A DNA stretch of 45,739 nucleotides from NCBI GenBank assembly GCA_946183085.1, contig CAMGZU010000003.1:1-45739 (forward strand), written 5' to 3'. Source of the DNA: an uncultured Erysipelotrichaceae bacterium. GTDB lineage: Bacteria; Bacillota_I; Bacilli_A; RFN20; CAG-826. The notes below the pieces were generated by a model. That model did no database searches. It was not told where the DNA came from and saw only the letters and a list, made by a program, of their open reading frames with translations. Position numbers and translations under genes: made by a program. Shown in pieces: positions 1 through 9,472 of this stretch. Numbering within the stretch: the first letter of the stretch is position 1; each line of letters starts with the position of its first letter.

Positions 1-2079
1 TCTCGTTGCAGCGACCAATGCCACTTCTTTGGGATTCCCAAGCTTTTGATACAAAGAATCGCTTAAGAGGCATTCTTCGACGCCGACGGGTTTCCTTCCA
101 GAGGCGACACTCTCTGGCAAAGGTTCCAGACGGAGCCCGCCCAAACTCGCTTGGAGCAACCCGCCATCATAAATGCCTTTCGGTAAGGCGAACTCGGCAT
201 CTTTTTCCTCAATGGAAAGATCGCTATAGGAATCGATCACGACATCGAGTTCTTCGGATGTCGCAGCCAAAAAGAATTTCGAGACAAAACCCATCGCCAT
301 CGAGGATGCCGGCGCCCAATAGGATCCTGGCGTCGTCAAAACCCGCCCGCGCAATTCGGAGCTCGCCCGGGCCACTTCTTCGATCGCGTTATAAGGGATG
401 CCGAACTTATCCGCGACGAAGGGATAGACCCTTCTTTCATCGAACTCCTCATCCAGCACCCATCTGCGAAATAAGGAATCCGTATAAATAGATTCGGTCC
501 TCAGTTTTTTCAAAAAAGAGGTAACGTCCCCCTTAATTTTCAAAAAAGGGCGACGATAAAGCGTCCAAGGGTAGTCGGTTGTTTTCCGAACTTCACTTGC
601 CGGGAAGCGCATCGATTCCTCGTAGACGAAATGGGCCCAGTTTGGGTTGGAATGAATCAAAAAAGGCGTATCGGATTCCACCACAGCGACCACGCGGAAC
701 ATCTGCTCATCTTCGTAAGCCCACTCGTAATGGGCGAAGGAGAAAATGGAGGTCAGGCCAAATCGCTCGATGTAGTTGCCTAAGCTCTCATAATTCCGAA
801 GAATCTCTAGCCCGAAGCAAAGCTGAAACATGTCGCTATAGGGAAGAGCGAGAATCAAACTGTCGTCCTCCATCTCCTTGGGCTTTTTGGGATAGAAGAC
901 CATCTCCGAACAATCTTCTAACGATCGATATTCCGAAAAGCTTCTCGCGGAGAAAGAAGGCACGACGATTTCCTTCAGCCCTTTGGGCACGGACATTTTG
1001 TTTTGATCGGCGAAGATCTCCTCAAAATTGGCGATGTATTGGATGCCAACGCTACTGACTTCCTCTTTAAAGTCTTTTGCGAGTTCCAATGTTTCTTCAT
1101 AGGAATAAGGAGCTTCGTTACGAACCACCGCTTCGCCCGAAGCCAAAGGGCTCATCACGACCGCGCCGGAAGGCAATAAGGAGGAAAAAGCGTAATCCAA
1201 TTCGCCACGGATGCCCTGCGAGACATAAAGCGTCGCCCCTAAACCAATCAACCCGAGGGAGATCATTGAGATGGCCAGCAAAGACCTTTTTCGCTTGGCG
1301 AGCATCAAACGGAAGGCATGGCCAAGCAAAAAGAGCCCAGGAACCCGCGACTCCTTCCTTTTCTCATGGAGACGGATCGCGATCTCGTGCTCGCCTTCCG
1401 CCGATGTTTGGTTTTCCAAAACCCCTGAAAGCAGACCATCTTTGAGCAGATAGATTCGATCGGCAAAACGTTCGACCAACGGCCTGTCGTGGCTTACGAG
1501 AATAACAAGCTTCCTTTGGGAAATCTGTTTCAACAAGCGCATCACGTGCTCACCGCTTCTTTCGTCAAGGGCCCCGGTCGGCTCATCGCAAAGAAGAACA
1601 TCGGGATCATTGGCGAGCGCTCTCGCCAAACAAACCCTTTGTTTTTCTCCGCCCGATAAGGTGTTCACGCTTTGCTTGGCTTTGTTTTGAAGTCCGACAT
1701 AAGTAAGCAAATCCAAAGCGCGCCGGATCTGTTTCTTCTTCGGCGATTCGTTGACCGCCTCGATCGGCAGCAAGACGTTCGCCAAAACCGTCTCGCTTTC
1801 CAACAGACGGAAGGTTTGAAAGAGATAACCGATATGTTGGAGGCGGTATTCGCGCTTGTCTTGCTCGCTTAGCGAATGAAGGCGAACCCTGCCGATTCGG
1901 TAGGAACCGCTATAGCCATCATCAATGCCAGAAAGCACGTTCAGAAGCGTGGTTTTTCCACAGCCCGACTGACCAAGCAAAGCGAAAAGGCCATGGCGGG
2001 GAAGGTCCAGTGAAATCCCTTTGAGAACCTTTTGATTGCCAAATGAGCGTTTGATGTTGAGAAGGCTAAGGTAATTCAT
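1..2079 (-). CDS. ABC transporter ATP-binding/permease fusion (MacB/FtsX-like), 3'-partial
   Basis: Missing from the ORF track because it runs off the left edge. Manual translation from ATG 2079 (ATGA overlap with the upstream stop) gives MNYLSLLNIKRSFGNQKVLKG, Walker A GQSGCGKT, LSGGEKQ and Walker B LLCDEPTGALD, followed by TM segments. I found no in-frame stop. Confidence 0.9.
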   Translation of the reverse strand, partial: MNYLSLLNIKRSFGNQKVLKGISLDLPRHGLFALLGQSGCGKTTLLNVLSGIDDGYSGSYRIGRVRLHSLSEQDKREYRLQHIGYLFQTFRLLESETVLANVLLPIEAVNESPKKKQIRRALDLLTYVGLQNKAKQSVNTLSGGEKQRVCLARALANDPDVLLCDEPTGALDERSGEHVMRLLKQISQRKLVILVSHDRPLVERFADRIYLLKDGLLSGVLENQTSAEGEHEIAIRLHEKRKESRVPGLFLLGHAFRLMLAKRKRSLLAISMISLGLIGLGATLYVSQGIRGELDYAFSSLLPSGAVVMSPLASGEAVVRNEAPYSYEETLELAKDFKEEVSSVGIQYIANFEEIFADQNKMSVPKGLKEIVVPSFSARSFSEYRSLEDCSEMVFYPKKPKEMEDDSLILALPYSDMFQLCFGLEILRNYESLGNYIERFGLTSIFSFAHYEWAYEDEQMFRVVAVVESDTPFLIHSNPNWAHFVYEESMRFPASEVRKTTDYPWTLYRRPFLKIKGDVTSFLKKLRTESIYTDSLFRRWVLDEEFDERRVYPFVADKFGIPYNAIEEVARASSELRGRVLTTPGSYWAPASSMAMGFVSKFFLAATSEELDVVIDSYSDLSIEEKDAEFALPKGIYDGGLLQASLGGLRLEPLPESVASGRKPVGVEECLLSDSLYQKLGNPKEVALVAATR

Positions 2080-4088
2080 TCGTCTCTTAACACCTCCGCG
2101 ACAGGGGCATTCTTCATGAAATGCAAAGGAATGAAGGTCGCCAAAGTGGAGAGAAGCCCGGCTGCCGCCAACACGAGAAGCGGCATTAAAAACGGAACCC
2201 CATAGAAGCGAACGATCGGGATTGAGATCAGCCCATGAAGGCCAAATCTTTTCCCTAGGTATTGGTTGACGAGTTGAGATGCCGGATAGGATAAAACAAG
2301 CGCAAAAACGGCACCGATTAGGGAAATAACGAGGTTTTCGCGAAGATAAATGAGCTGGATGTCCCCGCCTCTTGCCCCAAGAGAAAGCAAGGTTGCGTTT
2401 TCTTTTCTTTGCCGCATGAAAACCGAAAAGGCGCTCATGCCGATGATGAACGCGACCCCCACCGCCGCGATCGCCAAAAACGCCATCAAGGACATGGTGA
2501 AAGCCTGGGTTAGGTTTCCGAATGCCTCGCGCCGGGCAAAACAGGCGTTCTCAACCGCGAATCGCTCGTCGAGTTTCCTGGATTGGATCCGCTTTGCATC
2601 CGCAAGCGAATCCGGGAACAAAAGATAATCGTATCCAGTCGCGGGGTTATCTCCCGGAAGCATATCGATAAAAGAATCGATGGTGGTTTCTTCTCCCAAA
2701 AGAGCAGAAATATTCGGAAGTTTAACGGTCGCCATCGTTCCAGCAAGCCCTGGATAACGGTAATAGAGCCTTGGCGAATTCAAAAAAGCGAATTCGCCCA
2801 TCACCCCGGCGATGGTATAGGAGAAAGGCAACAGCCCTTGGTCCGTAGCCCCCTTGTAATGAATAAGGTAAGGAATCTCGAAACGAACCTCGTCCCCGAC
2901 TCTCGCTTTCGGAAAAGCGTCCATGAAAGCTTGATTGGCATAAAGAAGAGCGTCTTCTTCCCTCATCTTTCCTTCGTGAGGCATGGCCTCGCCAAGAGCA
3001 AACGAATACACGCCCGCGAAGGAAACGCCGTCTTGCTCTTCCTCATTGAGGCGAAACGTGTGATAGGAAGGCACAAAATACGAGTAGTCGTTTTCGATGC
3101 TATAGCCCTTATCGCCAAAAAGATCGACGATCGTTTCACGTGTCGGACGGTTGGAGCGGACGAGCTTTAGGGGAGAATTCTCATTCTCGATATACGTTTT
3201 CTCGCGGATCGTGAAAGAAAAGACGTCCAAGGCCTGAAGGGATCGTTCTTCCAAAGCCGAAGAGCTCCCATAAGAGAAACCAACGCCGAGGAGCAAGGCC
3301 AATAAACCAACCGAAGAGGCAAGAAAGCCAACGCCATCCAAGACATAGTTTTTCTTGAGGTTTCGAATGGTGAAGCGGCGGCTCCAACGACTCGATCTCA
3401 CGCTCTTTTTGAGATGCCCGGCACCTTTCTTTTTCTCGAAGGTTTCGTCGACGCGCCCCTCTTGGATATGGATTTGCCGGTCGCAATACTCATCAACCAA
3501 AGCTTGGTTATGGGAAACCATCAAAACCAAGCGCTCCTTGGCGACTTCCTTGAGGATCTCCATCGTGGCTTTGGCGTTCTTCTCATCCAATGCGCCGGTC
3601 GGCTCGTCGCAAAGAAGAAGCGAAGGGTCATTTATGAGCGCACGACAAATGGCGACGCGTTGTTTCTCGCCACCCGAAAGGACGTCGATCTTCGTGTTTT
3701 GCTTTGCCGATAGCCCAAAGCGGTTTAACAAAGCACGCGCTTTCTCCTTCGCTTTCTTCTCTTTGCCCTTCATTAGGCCGGGAAGCATCACGTTTTCAAG
3801 TGCGCTCACTCCGGATAGCAAATTGTAATGCTGATAGATAAAACCAATCTTGCTCAAACGATAATCGGCGCGTTGCGGCTCATCCATCGTTCCCAAGGAA
3901 ATGCCATCGATCTTAATGCTTCCTTTGGTGGGTTTCAAAAATCCGGCGATCAGATTCAGAATCGTCGATTTCCCCGATCCCGACTTGCCAAGCAAGGCGA
4001 CCATCCCCTTCTCTGGCAAAGCGAAAGTCACGCCTTTCAAGGCATAGGAGTCGCCGAATTTCATTTTGACGTTTCGTAGTTCTACCAA
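2076..4088 (-). CDS. ABC transporter ATP-binding/permease fusion (MacB/FtsX-like)
   Basis: GKSGSGKS, LSGGEKQR, LCDEPTGALD, then one TM, a large extracellular loop and three C-terminal TMs with the FtsX-type RQRKENATLLSLGA. TTG start with GAGGG 8 nt upstream. Confidence 0.9.
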   Translation of the reverse strand: MVELRNVKMKFGDSYALKGVTFALPEKGMVALLGKSGSGKSTILNLIAGFLKPTKGSIKIDGISLGTMDEPQRADYRLSKIGFIYQHYNLLSGVSALENVMLPGLMKGKEKKAKEKARALLNRFGLSAKQNTKIDVLSGGEKQRVAICRALINDPSLLLCDEPTGALDEKNAKATMEILKEVAKERLVLMVSHNQALVDEYCDRQIHIQEGRVDETFEKKKGAGHLKKSVRSSRWSRRFTIRNLKKNYVLDGVGFLASSVGLLALLLGVGFSYGSSSALEERSLQALDVFSFTIREKTYIENENSPLKLVRSNRPTRETIVDLFGDKGYSIENDYSYFVPSYHTFRLNEEEQDGVSFAGVYSFALGEAMPHEGKMREEDALLYANQAFMDAFPKARVGDEVRFEIPYLIHYKGATDQGLLPFSYTIAGVMGEFAFLNSPRLYYRYPGLAGTMATVKLPNISALLGEETTIDSFIDMLPGDNPATGYDYLLFPDSLADAKRIQSRKLDERFAVENACFARREAFGNLTQAFTMSLMAFLAIAAVGVAFIIGMSAFSVFMRQRKENATLLSLGARGGDIQLIYLRENLVISLIGAVFALVLSYPASQLVNQYLGKRFGLHGLISIPIVRFYGVPFLMPLLVLAAAGLLSTLATFIPLHFMKNAPVAEVLRDE

Positions 4089-4119
4089 AAGAAAAGCCCT
4101 CTATTACTTAATAGGGGGC
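4087..4119 (-). terminator. Intrinsic terminator-like hairpin after DUF951
   Basis: GCCCCCTATTA-AG-TAATAGAGGGC followed by TTTTCTTTT on the minus strand. Confidence 0.6.
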
Positions 4120-4135
4120 AAATCGGCATTTGGTA

Positions 4136-4357
4136 TTAACGAATTTCAATTGGGCCCTCGTGAGAGGCGAGAACACGGGCGATTCTGTGGTTGAATGCAT
4201 CGCGGTCCATCATGATGATGTTCCCGCATCCGAGGCACTTGATTTTGATGTCGGCGCCGACGCGGACGATTTGAAATCTCTTGCTCTTCCCCTTGCAGGG
4301 ATGGGCCTTCTTCATCTGCACCTCGTCGTAGAGCTTGTAGCTCGGGCTCACTTCCAC
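4136..4357 (-). CDS. DUF951 family protein (YyzM-like)
   Basis: 73 aa with MKKAHPC...RVGADIKIKCLGCG...M pattern. GTG start overlaps the fhs stop. Confidence 0.85.
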   Translation of the reverse strand: MEVSPSYKLYDEVQMKKAHPCKGKSKRFQIVRVGADIKIKCLGCGNIIMMDRDAFNHRIARVLASHEGPIEIR

Positions 4358-5967
4358 GGGAGCTCCTCCATCTTAACGGCCGCCGGGACCTTCGGGAGGC
4401 CAGGCATCGTGAGGATCTTGCCGGTCAAAGGGACGACGAAGTTCGCGCCGGCCGAGAGGTTGACCTCGCGGATGGTGATCGGGAAGCCGCTTGGGGCGCC
4501 GAGGACGCTCGCGTCGTCGGTGACGGAGGCCGGGGTCTTCGCCATGCAGACGTAAGCGGAGCCGAAGCCGAGCTTCTCGTAGGCGTCGAGCTGCTCCAGG
4601 GCCTTCTCGGTGTAGATGACCTCGCCCGCGCGGTAGATCTCCTTCGCGATGGTCTCGATTTTCTCCTTCAAAGGACGGTCGAGCTCATAGATCGGGTGGT
4701 AATGGGATTCGGTTTCGGCGAGGGCCTTCTGGACCTTTTTGGCCAGGTCGATGGCGCCCTCCCCGCCCTTGAGGAAGCCGTCGAGGAAGGAGACGGTGTA
4801 GCCCTCCTTCTCGCACCAGGACTCCAGATATTCGATTTCTGCGGGGGTATCGCTCGCGAAATGGTTGATGGCGACGATGACGGGAAGCCCGAATTTCTCC
4901 ATGTTCTCGAGGTGGCGCTTGAGGTTGGAGACGCCGTTTTTGAGGGCCTCGACGTTCTCCTCGGCGAGGGATTCGTAGGGCTGGCCGCCGTGCATCTTGA
5001 GCGCGCGGATGGTCGCGACGACGACGGTGAGGTCGGGCCTAAAGCCGGCCTCTCGGCACTTGATGTCGAGGAACTTCTCCGCGCCAAGGTCGGCGCCGAA
5101 GCCGGCCTCGGTGACGACGATCGGGGCGAGCTTGAGGGCCAATTTGGTGGCGAGGATCGAGTTGCAGCCGTGGGCGATGTTCGCGAAGGGGCCGCCGTGG
5201 ATGAGGGCTGGGTTCCCTTCGCCCGTCTGGACGAGGTTGGGCTTAAGGGCCTCTTTCATTAAGCGCATGATCGCGTGGGTGATCTGGAGGTCTTTGACCG
5301 TGATGGGCTTGCCCGATTTGTCGTAGGCGACGATGATGCGGCTAAGCCTCTCGAGGAAGTCCTCCTCGCTCTTCGCGAGGCAGAGGATCGCCATCATCTC
5401 CGAGGCGACCGTGATGACAAAATGGTCCTGGCGCGGGGTGCCTTTGGGGTCCCCTTCCGCGACCTCGATGGTGCGGAGCGCGCGGTCGTTCATGTCCATC
5501 GCTCTGGTCCAGACGACGCGGTCCGGGTCGATGTTGAGCGGGTTGCCCTGGTAGATGGAGTTGTCGATGACGGCGGAGATGAGGTTGATGGAGCTGGTCA
5601 GCGCGTGCATGTCGCCCGTGAAGTGGAGGTTGATCTCCTCCTGGGGCTCGACGGTGACCTTGCCGCCGCCAGTGGCGCCGCCCTTGATGCCGAAGACGGG
5701 CCCGAGAGAGGGCTCCCGCAGGCAAAGCATCGCCTTCTGGCCGATCTTCCCGAAGCCCTCGGTCAGGGCGATGGAGGTCGTGGTCTTGCCTTCGCCGGCC
5801 TTCGTCGGGGTGATGGCGGTGACCAAGACGAGCTTGCCGTTCGGGCGGTCCTTGATCTCGTCGTATAGGGCCATGTCGATCTTGGCCTTGGTGTGGCCGT
5901 AGGGCTCGACGTATTTGGCGGGGATGCCCGCCTTCTTTGCAATTTCGGTGATTTCCAAAAGATCCAT
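4348..5967 (-). CDS. fhs: Formate--tetrahydrofolate ligase
   Basis: AITPTKAGEGKTTT, LREPSLGPVFGIKGGATGGG, HGGPFANIAHGCNS, TEAGFGADLGAEKF, TMPGLPKVPAA. SD GGAGAG. Confidence 0.98.
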   Translation of the reverse strand: MDLLEITEIAKKAGIPAKYVEPYGHTKAKIDMALYDEIKDRPNGKLVLVTAITPTKAGEGKTTTSIALTEGFGKIGQKAMLCLREPSLGPVFGIKGGATGGGKVTVEPQEEINLHFTGDMHALTSSINLISAVIDNSIYQGNPLNIDPDRVVWTRAMDMNDRALRTIEVAEGDPKGTPRQDHFVITVASEMMAILCLAKSEEDFLERLSRIIVAYDKSGKPITVKDLQITHAIMRLMKEALKPNLVQTGEGNPALIHGGPFANIAHGCNSILATKLALKLAPIVVTEAGFGADLGAEKFLDIKCREAGFRPDLTVVVATIRALKMHGGQPYESLAEENVEALKNGVSNLKRHLENMEKFGLPVIVAINHFASDTPAEIEYLESWCEKEGYTVSFLDGFLKGGEGAIDLAKKVQKALAETESHYHPIYELDRPLKEKIETIAKEIYRAGEVIYTEKALEQLDAYEKLGFGSAYVCMAKTPASVTDDASVLGAPSGFPITIREVNLSAGANFVVPLTGKILTMPGLPKVPAAVKMEELPWK

Positions 5968-6046
5968 AGTCTCTCTCCTGGCGTCTTTTCGCTATTTGAT
6001 AGATTAGTCGCTTTCCTCTTCTTTTAGAAGAGATAAAAGAGGTTTT

Positions 6047-6916
6047 TTATCGTCCGAGGCGCTTGAGGATGTCCTCCAACCCATCCACCCATTCGATTTC
6101 GAATTGATGGGCGAAGAACGTGTCCTGCCTTTTGACGTAATGGCGAGTGTTCTTCTTAATCTCCTCTTTGCATTCCTCGAGGCTCTTTTCGCCATCGAAA
6201 TACGGGAAGAGCTCCTTGACGCCGATCGCTTGGAACGCTCGGCAGGAGCGGCCATATTTCTCGATGAGCCTCTTATCTTCTTCGACAAGGCCTTCCTCGA
6301 ACATCTTATCGACGCGTTTCTCCACTTTGGCGTAGAGCTCGTCGCGTTCAGGCTTCAAGCCGAAGAAACGAACCGGGTAAATCGGCTTGTGCTCCTGCTT
6401 GCTGAGGTACTCGGTTTTCGTGATTCCTTTGGCGCGAAAGATCTCCAAGGCACGACGAACGCGCGGCCGATTGTTCGGATGAAGTTTCTTCGCTTCTTCC
6501 GGATCCACTTTCTCGAGTTCATGGAAGAGCGCTTGATCATCGAGGGCGTCAAGATCGCTCATATCGACCTCGGGCCACTCCTCGAATTCGTAATCAAAAA
6601 GGCCAGCGCGGATATAAAGGCCCGTCCCGCCGGCAAGAATCGGCGTCTTGCCGCGCGAAAGGACTTCTTCGATGCACGTACGCAGGGCTTTTTGGTATTG
6701 ATAGACGTCATAATCCTCGGTCAGGGGGACGAAATCAAAGAGATGATGGGGAGCGCTTTCCCGCATCGCTTTGCTGGGTTTGGCGGTTGCAATGCTGAGC
6801 TCTTGGTACAGCTGAAAAGCATCGGCATTGATGACTTCTCCGCCGATTCGTTTGGCCAAAGCGATGGCAAGTTCGCTTTTGCCGCTTCCCGTTGCGCCCG
6901 CGATCACCAGAATCAT
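6047..6916 (-). CDS. miaA: tRNA (adenosine(37)-N6)-dimethylallyltransferase
   Basis: GATGSGKS, INADAFQLY, TAKP, GGTGLY, LHPNN, QAIGVKE, TRHYVKRQ. Confidence 0.97.
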   Translation of the reverse strand: MILVIAGATGSGKSELAIALAKRIGGEVINADAFQLYQELSIATAKPSKAMRESAPHHLFDFVPLTEDYDVYQYQKALRTCIEEVLSRGKTPILAGGTGLYIRAGLFDYEFEEWPEVDMSDLDALDDQALFHELEKVDPEEAKKLHPNNRPRVRRALEIFRAKGITKTEYLSKQEHKPIYPVRFFGLKPERDELYAKVEKRVDKMFEEGLVEEDKRLIEKYGRSCRAFQAIGVKELFPYFDGEKSLEECKEEIKKNTRHYVKRQDTFFAHQFEIEWVDGLEDILKRLGR

Positions 6917-8655
6917 TCCAAGGTCTCTTTCACTTCCAATAAGATGCGTTCCACGTCGTCATGGATGGCATTGTAGTTTTCGACGAGCGGATGGTGTTTC
7001 AAAGCTTCCTGCAGTTGGAGATACTCTTTTTTGGCTTTGGCATACTTCACATCATCGCCGATCGACGCGGTCATATCACGCTGGGCTGACATGATCTTCG
7101 CCCTAAGGTCAACAAGGGTTGAATCCTTTTGGATCGCCTCGTCCAAAGAGAGGAATTCGGCGATCACGTCCTCTTTCTTTAAGGCACTCGCTAAGCTTTT
7201 CGCCTTGGAGATCAGCGGATCTTCCAAAAGCTCGCCGACCAGATAATGGCAATGGTTCTCGACGATCTTTAGCTTCACGATTTCGCCTTCTAGATAAGCA
7301 GGCCCTTTGAAGTTCACAAGCTTGCTTCCTTCGGTATAGCCTGAAAGAATCGAAGGATCTTTTTTCGAGGGTCCTTCCACCAAGACGTCCACTTCTTTGC
7401 CAAGGAGTTTGGCGCTGGCGGCATTGGTGGATTCTTCGATCACCTTAAGTAGGCGGTTGAAGCGTTCGTGTTTGTCTTCATCGCTCACGTTATCGATCAT
7501 CTTCGCGGCGGGCGTGCCTTTCCTTGGCGAATAGATGAAGGTGAAGGCGGAGTCATAGCCGACCTTCTGGGCGAGGGTCAAAGTATCTTCGAATTGCTCG
7601 GCGGTCTCATTGGGGAATCCGACGATGATGTCCGTGGTGATCGCGCAGCCTGGAATCTTCGTGCGGATCTTGTCGACAAGCTCCAAATACGATTCACGGG
7701 TATAACGCCTTCCCATCAAGCGAAGGACTTCGGTGTTGCCCGACTGCACTGGCAAATGGATGCATTTCATTATGTTTGGGTAACGGGCGATGACGTCCAG
7801 CATGTCGTCCGAGAAATCCCAAGGATGGCTGGTCATGAAACGCAAACGTGGAATCCCGAGCTTCGCCACCTCTTCCAAGCAGGTCGCGAAATTGGTTCCG
7901 TCATGGAAGTCTTTGCCATAGGAATTGACGTTTTGCCCCAAGAGGGTGATTTGGGTATAGCCCGCATCCACAAGTTCTTTGCACTCTTTCAAAACATCCG
8001 CCAAAGGACGGCTTCTTTCGCGCCCTCTGGTATAAGGAACGATGCAATACGTGCAGAACTTATCGCAGCCATACATTATGTTCACGTAGGCTTTGTGTTT
8101 ATCCAAACGCTCGGAGGGGAGATTCTCGATGATGTCGCCCGCGAAAGAAAGAACGGAGACGATGTCTTTCTTCGTCGCGAGGTGTTTATCGATGAGTTCC
8201 AACACTTTGGAGAGGTTATGGGTCCCAAAGACCAAATTAAGATAGGGATAGCGGCTCGTAAGCTTCTCCGCGACACCTTCTTCCTGCATCATGCAGCCGC
8301 AGATGCCAAGGATGAAGTCTTTGTCGGCTTTGTGGTTCTTCTTGAATTTGCCGATCTCGCCATAGACTTTGTCCTCCGCATTCTCGCGGACGGCGCAGGT
8401 GTTGATGATGACGAGGTTCGCCTCTTCTTCCACATCGGTGCGGACAAAGCCAGCCATGCTCAAATAGCCCGCTAAGATCTCCTCGTCGCGGACATTGGCT
8501 TGGCATCCGAAGGTTTTGATCAGGAATTTGCGGCCTTTTGCGAATTCTCTGACGCGCGGGGAGACCACGACGTCTTCGTAGATCAGATTCGGTTTTGCAA
8601 CGCGGTCCCTCGCCTTGGAAAGGTCGGGAAGAGATTCAAATACTCGCTTCGCCAT
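6913..8655 (-). CDS. miaB: tRNA-2-methylthio-N6-dimethylallyladenosine synthase with a C-terminal RicA/YmcA-like domain
   Basis: TFGCQAN, NTCAVRE, CGC, radical-SAM GCDKFCTYC, LLGQNVNSY and a TRAM domain, then 102 extra helical aa. Start moved to ATG 8655 (SD GGAGG). Confidence 0.95.
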   Translation of the reverse strand: MAKRVFESLPDLSKARDRVAKPNLIYEDVVVSPRVREFAKGRKFLIKTFGCQANVRDEEILAGYLSMAGFVRTDVEEEANLVIINTCAVRENAEDKVYGEIGKFKKNHKADKDFILGICGCMMQEEGVAEKLTSRYPYLNLVFGTHNLSKVLELIDKHLATKKDIVSVLSFAGDIIENLPSERLDKHKAYVNIMYGCDKFCTYCIVPYTRGRERSRPLADVLKECKELVDAGYTQITLLGQNVNSYGKDFHDGTNFATCLEEVAKLGIPRLRFMTSHPWDFSDDMLDVIARYPNIMKCIHLPVQSGNTEVLRLMGRRYTRESYLELVDKIRTKIPGCAITTDIIVGFPNETAEQFEDTLTLAQKVGYDSAFTFIYSPRKGTPAAKMIDNVSDEDKHERFNRLLKVIEESTNAASAKLLGKEVDVLVEGPSKKDPSILSGYTEGSKLVNFKGPAYLEGEIVKLKIVENHCHYLVGELLEDPLISKAKSLASALKKEDVIAEFLSLDEAIQKDSTLVDLRAKIMSAQRDMTASIGDDVKYAKAKKEYLQLQEALKHHPLVENYNAIHDDVERILLEVKETLE

Positions 8656-9445
8656 AGAACTCGTTTCCTCCAATGTATTGTACGGGGCGGATGAAGTGGC
8701 ATGCGCCCGTTTCGTCGTCAAACTCCATCCAAACAAAGCAAACCACAGGTTTGGCGTCTTCGTCTAGGGAGAGTTTGTTGTCTTTGCCATAGATCATCTT
8801 CTCAATCGCGCCTTCCACATTGAAGCCAATGATCGAATCGTCGGCCCCACACATTCCGGCATCGCTTAAGAAACCAGTGCCTTTTGGGAAGATGCGCGCG
8901 TCATTGGTCTGCACGTGGGTGTGGGTGCCGATCACCGCGCTGACCTGCCCATCAAAGAAATGGCCAAAGAGCTGCTTTTCGGACGTGGACTCCGCATGAT
9001 AATCGACGATATGAATGTCCGCTTTCTCCTCGTGATCTAGGACCTCACGGAGGGCGATATAAGGCACGCGGACGTCTTCTTTCATGAATGCCGTGCCCAA
9101 GAGATTGGTGACGCGGATACTCACGCCATCGCAATCGAAGACGGCGCTTCCGACGCCCTTATCGAAGCTTAAAAGATTCAGTGGGCGGATCAAACGGTCC
9201 GCGTCCTCGATATAATCCTCGATCTGTTTCTTGGAATTCCAATGGTTGCCGAGGGTGACGCAATCGACGCCCGCGTCAATCAAATCGAGGTAATCCCGTT
9301 CCGTAATCCCTTTGCCGCGCGAGACGTTCTCGCCGTTGGCGATGATGAAATCGGCCTCGTATTTTTGGGCCAGTTTAGGCAAAAGGGAGGCAACGGCCTC
9401 AAGGCCGAGCCTCCCAACAATGTCACCGAAGAACAATATCTTCAT
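8636..9445 (-). CDS. ymdB: YmdB/TIGR00282 metallophosphoesterase (2',3'-cyclic nucleotide phosphodiesterase)
   Basis: GDIVG, NGEN, TLGNH, DYHAESTSEK, GTHTHVQT, SDAGMCG. Directly downstream of rny as in Bacillus. Confidence 0.95.
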   Translation of the reverse strand: MKILFFGDIVGRLGLEAVASLLPKLAQKYEADFIIANGENVSRGKGITERDYLDLIDAGVDCVTLGNHWNSKKQIEDYIEDADRLIRPLNLLSFDKGVGSAVFDCDGVSIRVTNLLGTAFMKEDVRVPYIALREVLDHEEKADIHIVDYHAESTSEKQLFGHFFDGQVSAVIGTHTHVQTNDARIFPKGTGFLSDAGMCGADDSIIGFNVEGAIEKMIYGKDNKLSLDEDAKPVVCFVWMEFDDETGACHFIRPVQYIGGNEFYGEASI

Positions 9446-9472
9446 GGGGATAAACCCCTTTCTAAGCCGAGG

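Noticed and set aside
6-1872. Plus-strand ORFs in the first 2 kb of the ORF track
   Set aside because: They lie antisense to the edge-truncated ABC fusion gene, which the track missed.
3132-3147. Partial parS match CGTTTCACGTGTCGGA inside the ABC gene
   Set aside because: The right arm does not match and it is not palindromic; it is explained by coding sequence.
5968-6046. Possible THF or ZTP riboswitch upstream of fhs (GCGACT...CGCCAGG fragments)
   Set aside because: The gap is only 79 nt, and the conserved core and helices of either class are not present.
8656-8736. N-terminal extensions given by the ORF track (miaB 8736, rny 11110, pgsA 13588, sufB 29317, parB 24524, lipoproteins 32641 and 34739)
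   Set aside because: Downstream starts fit better: SD placement (miaB, rny, sufB, parB, first lipoprotein), a leaderless -10 (pgsA) or signal-peptide boundaries (lipoproteins). Several extensions also overlap neighbouring genes.
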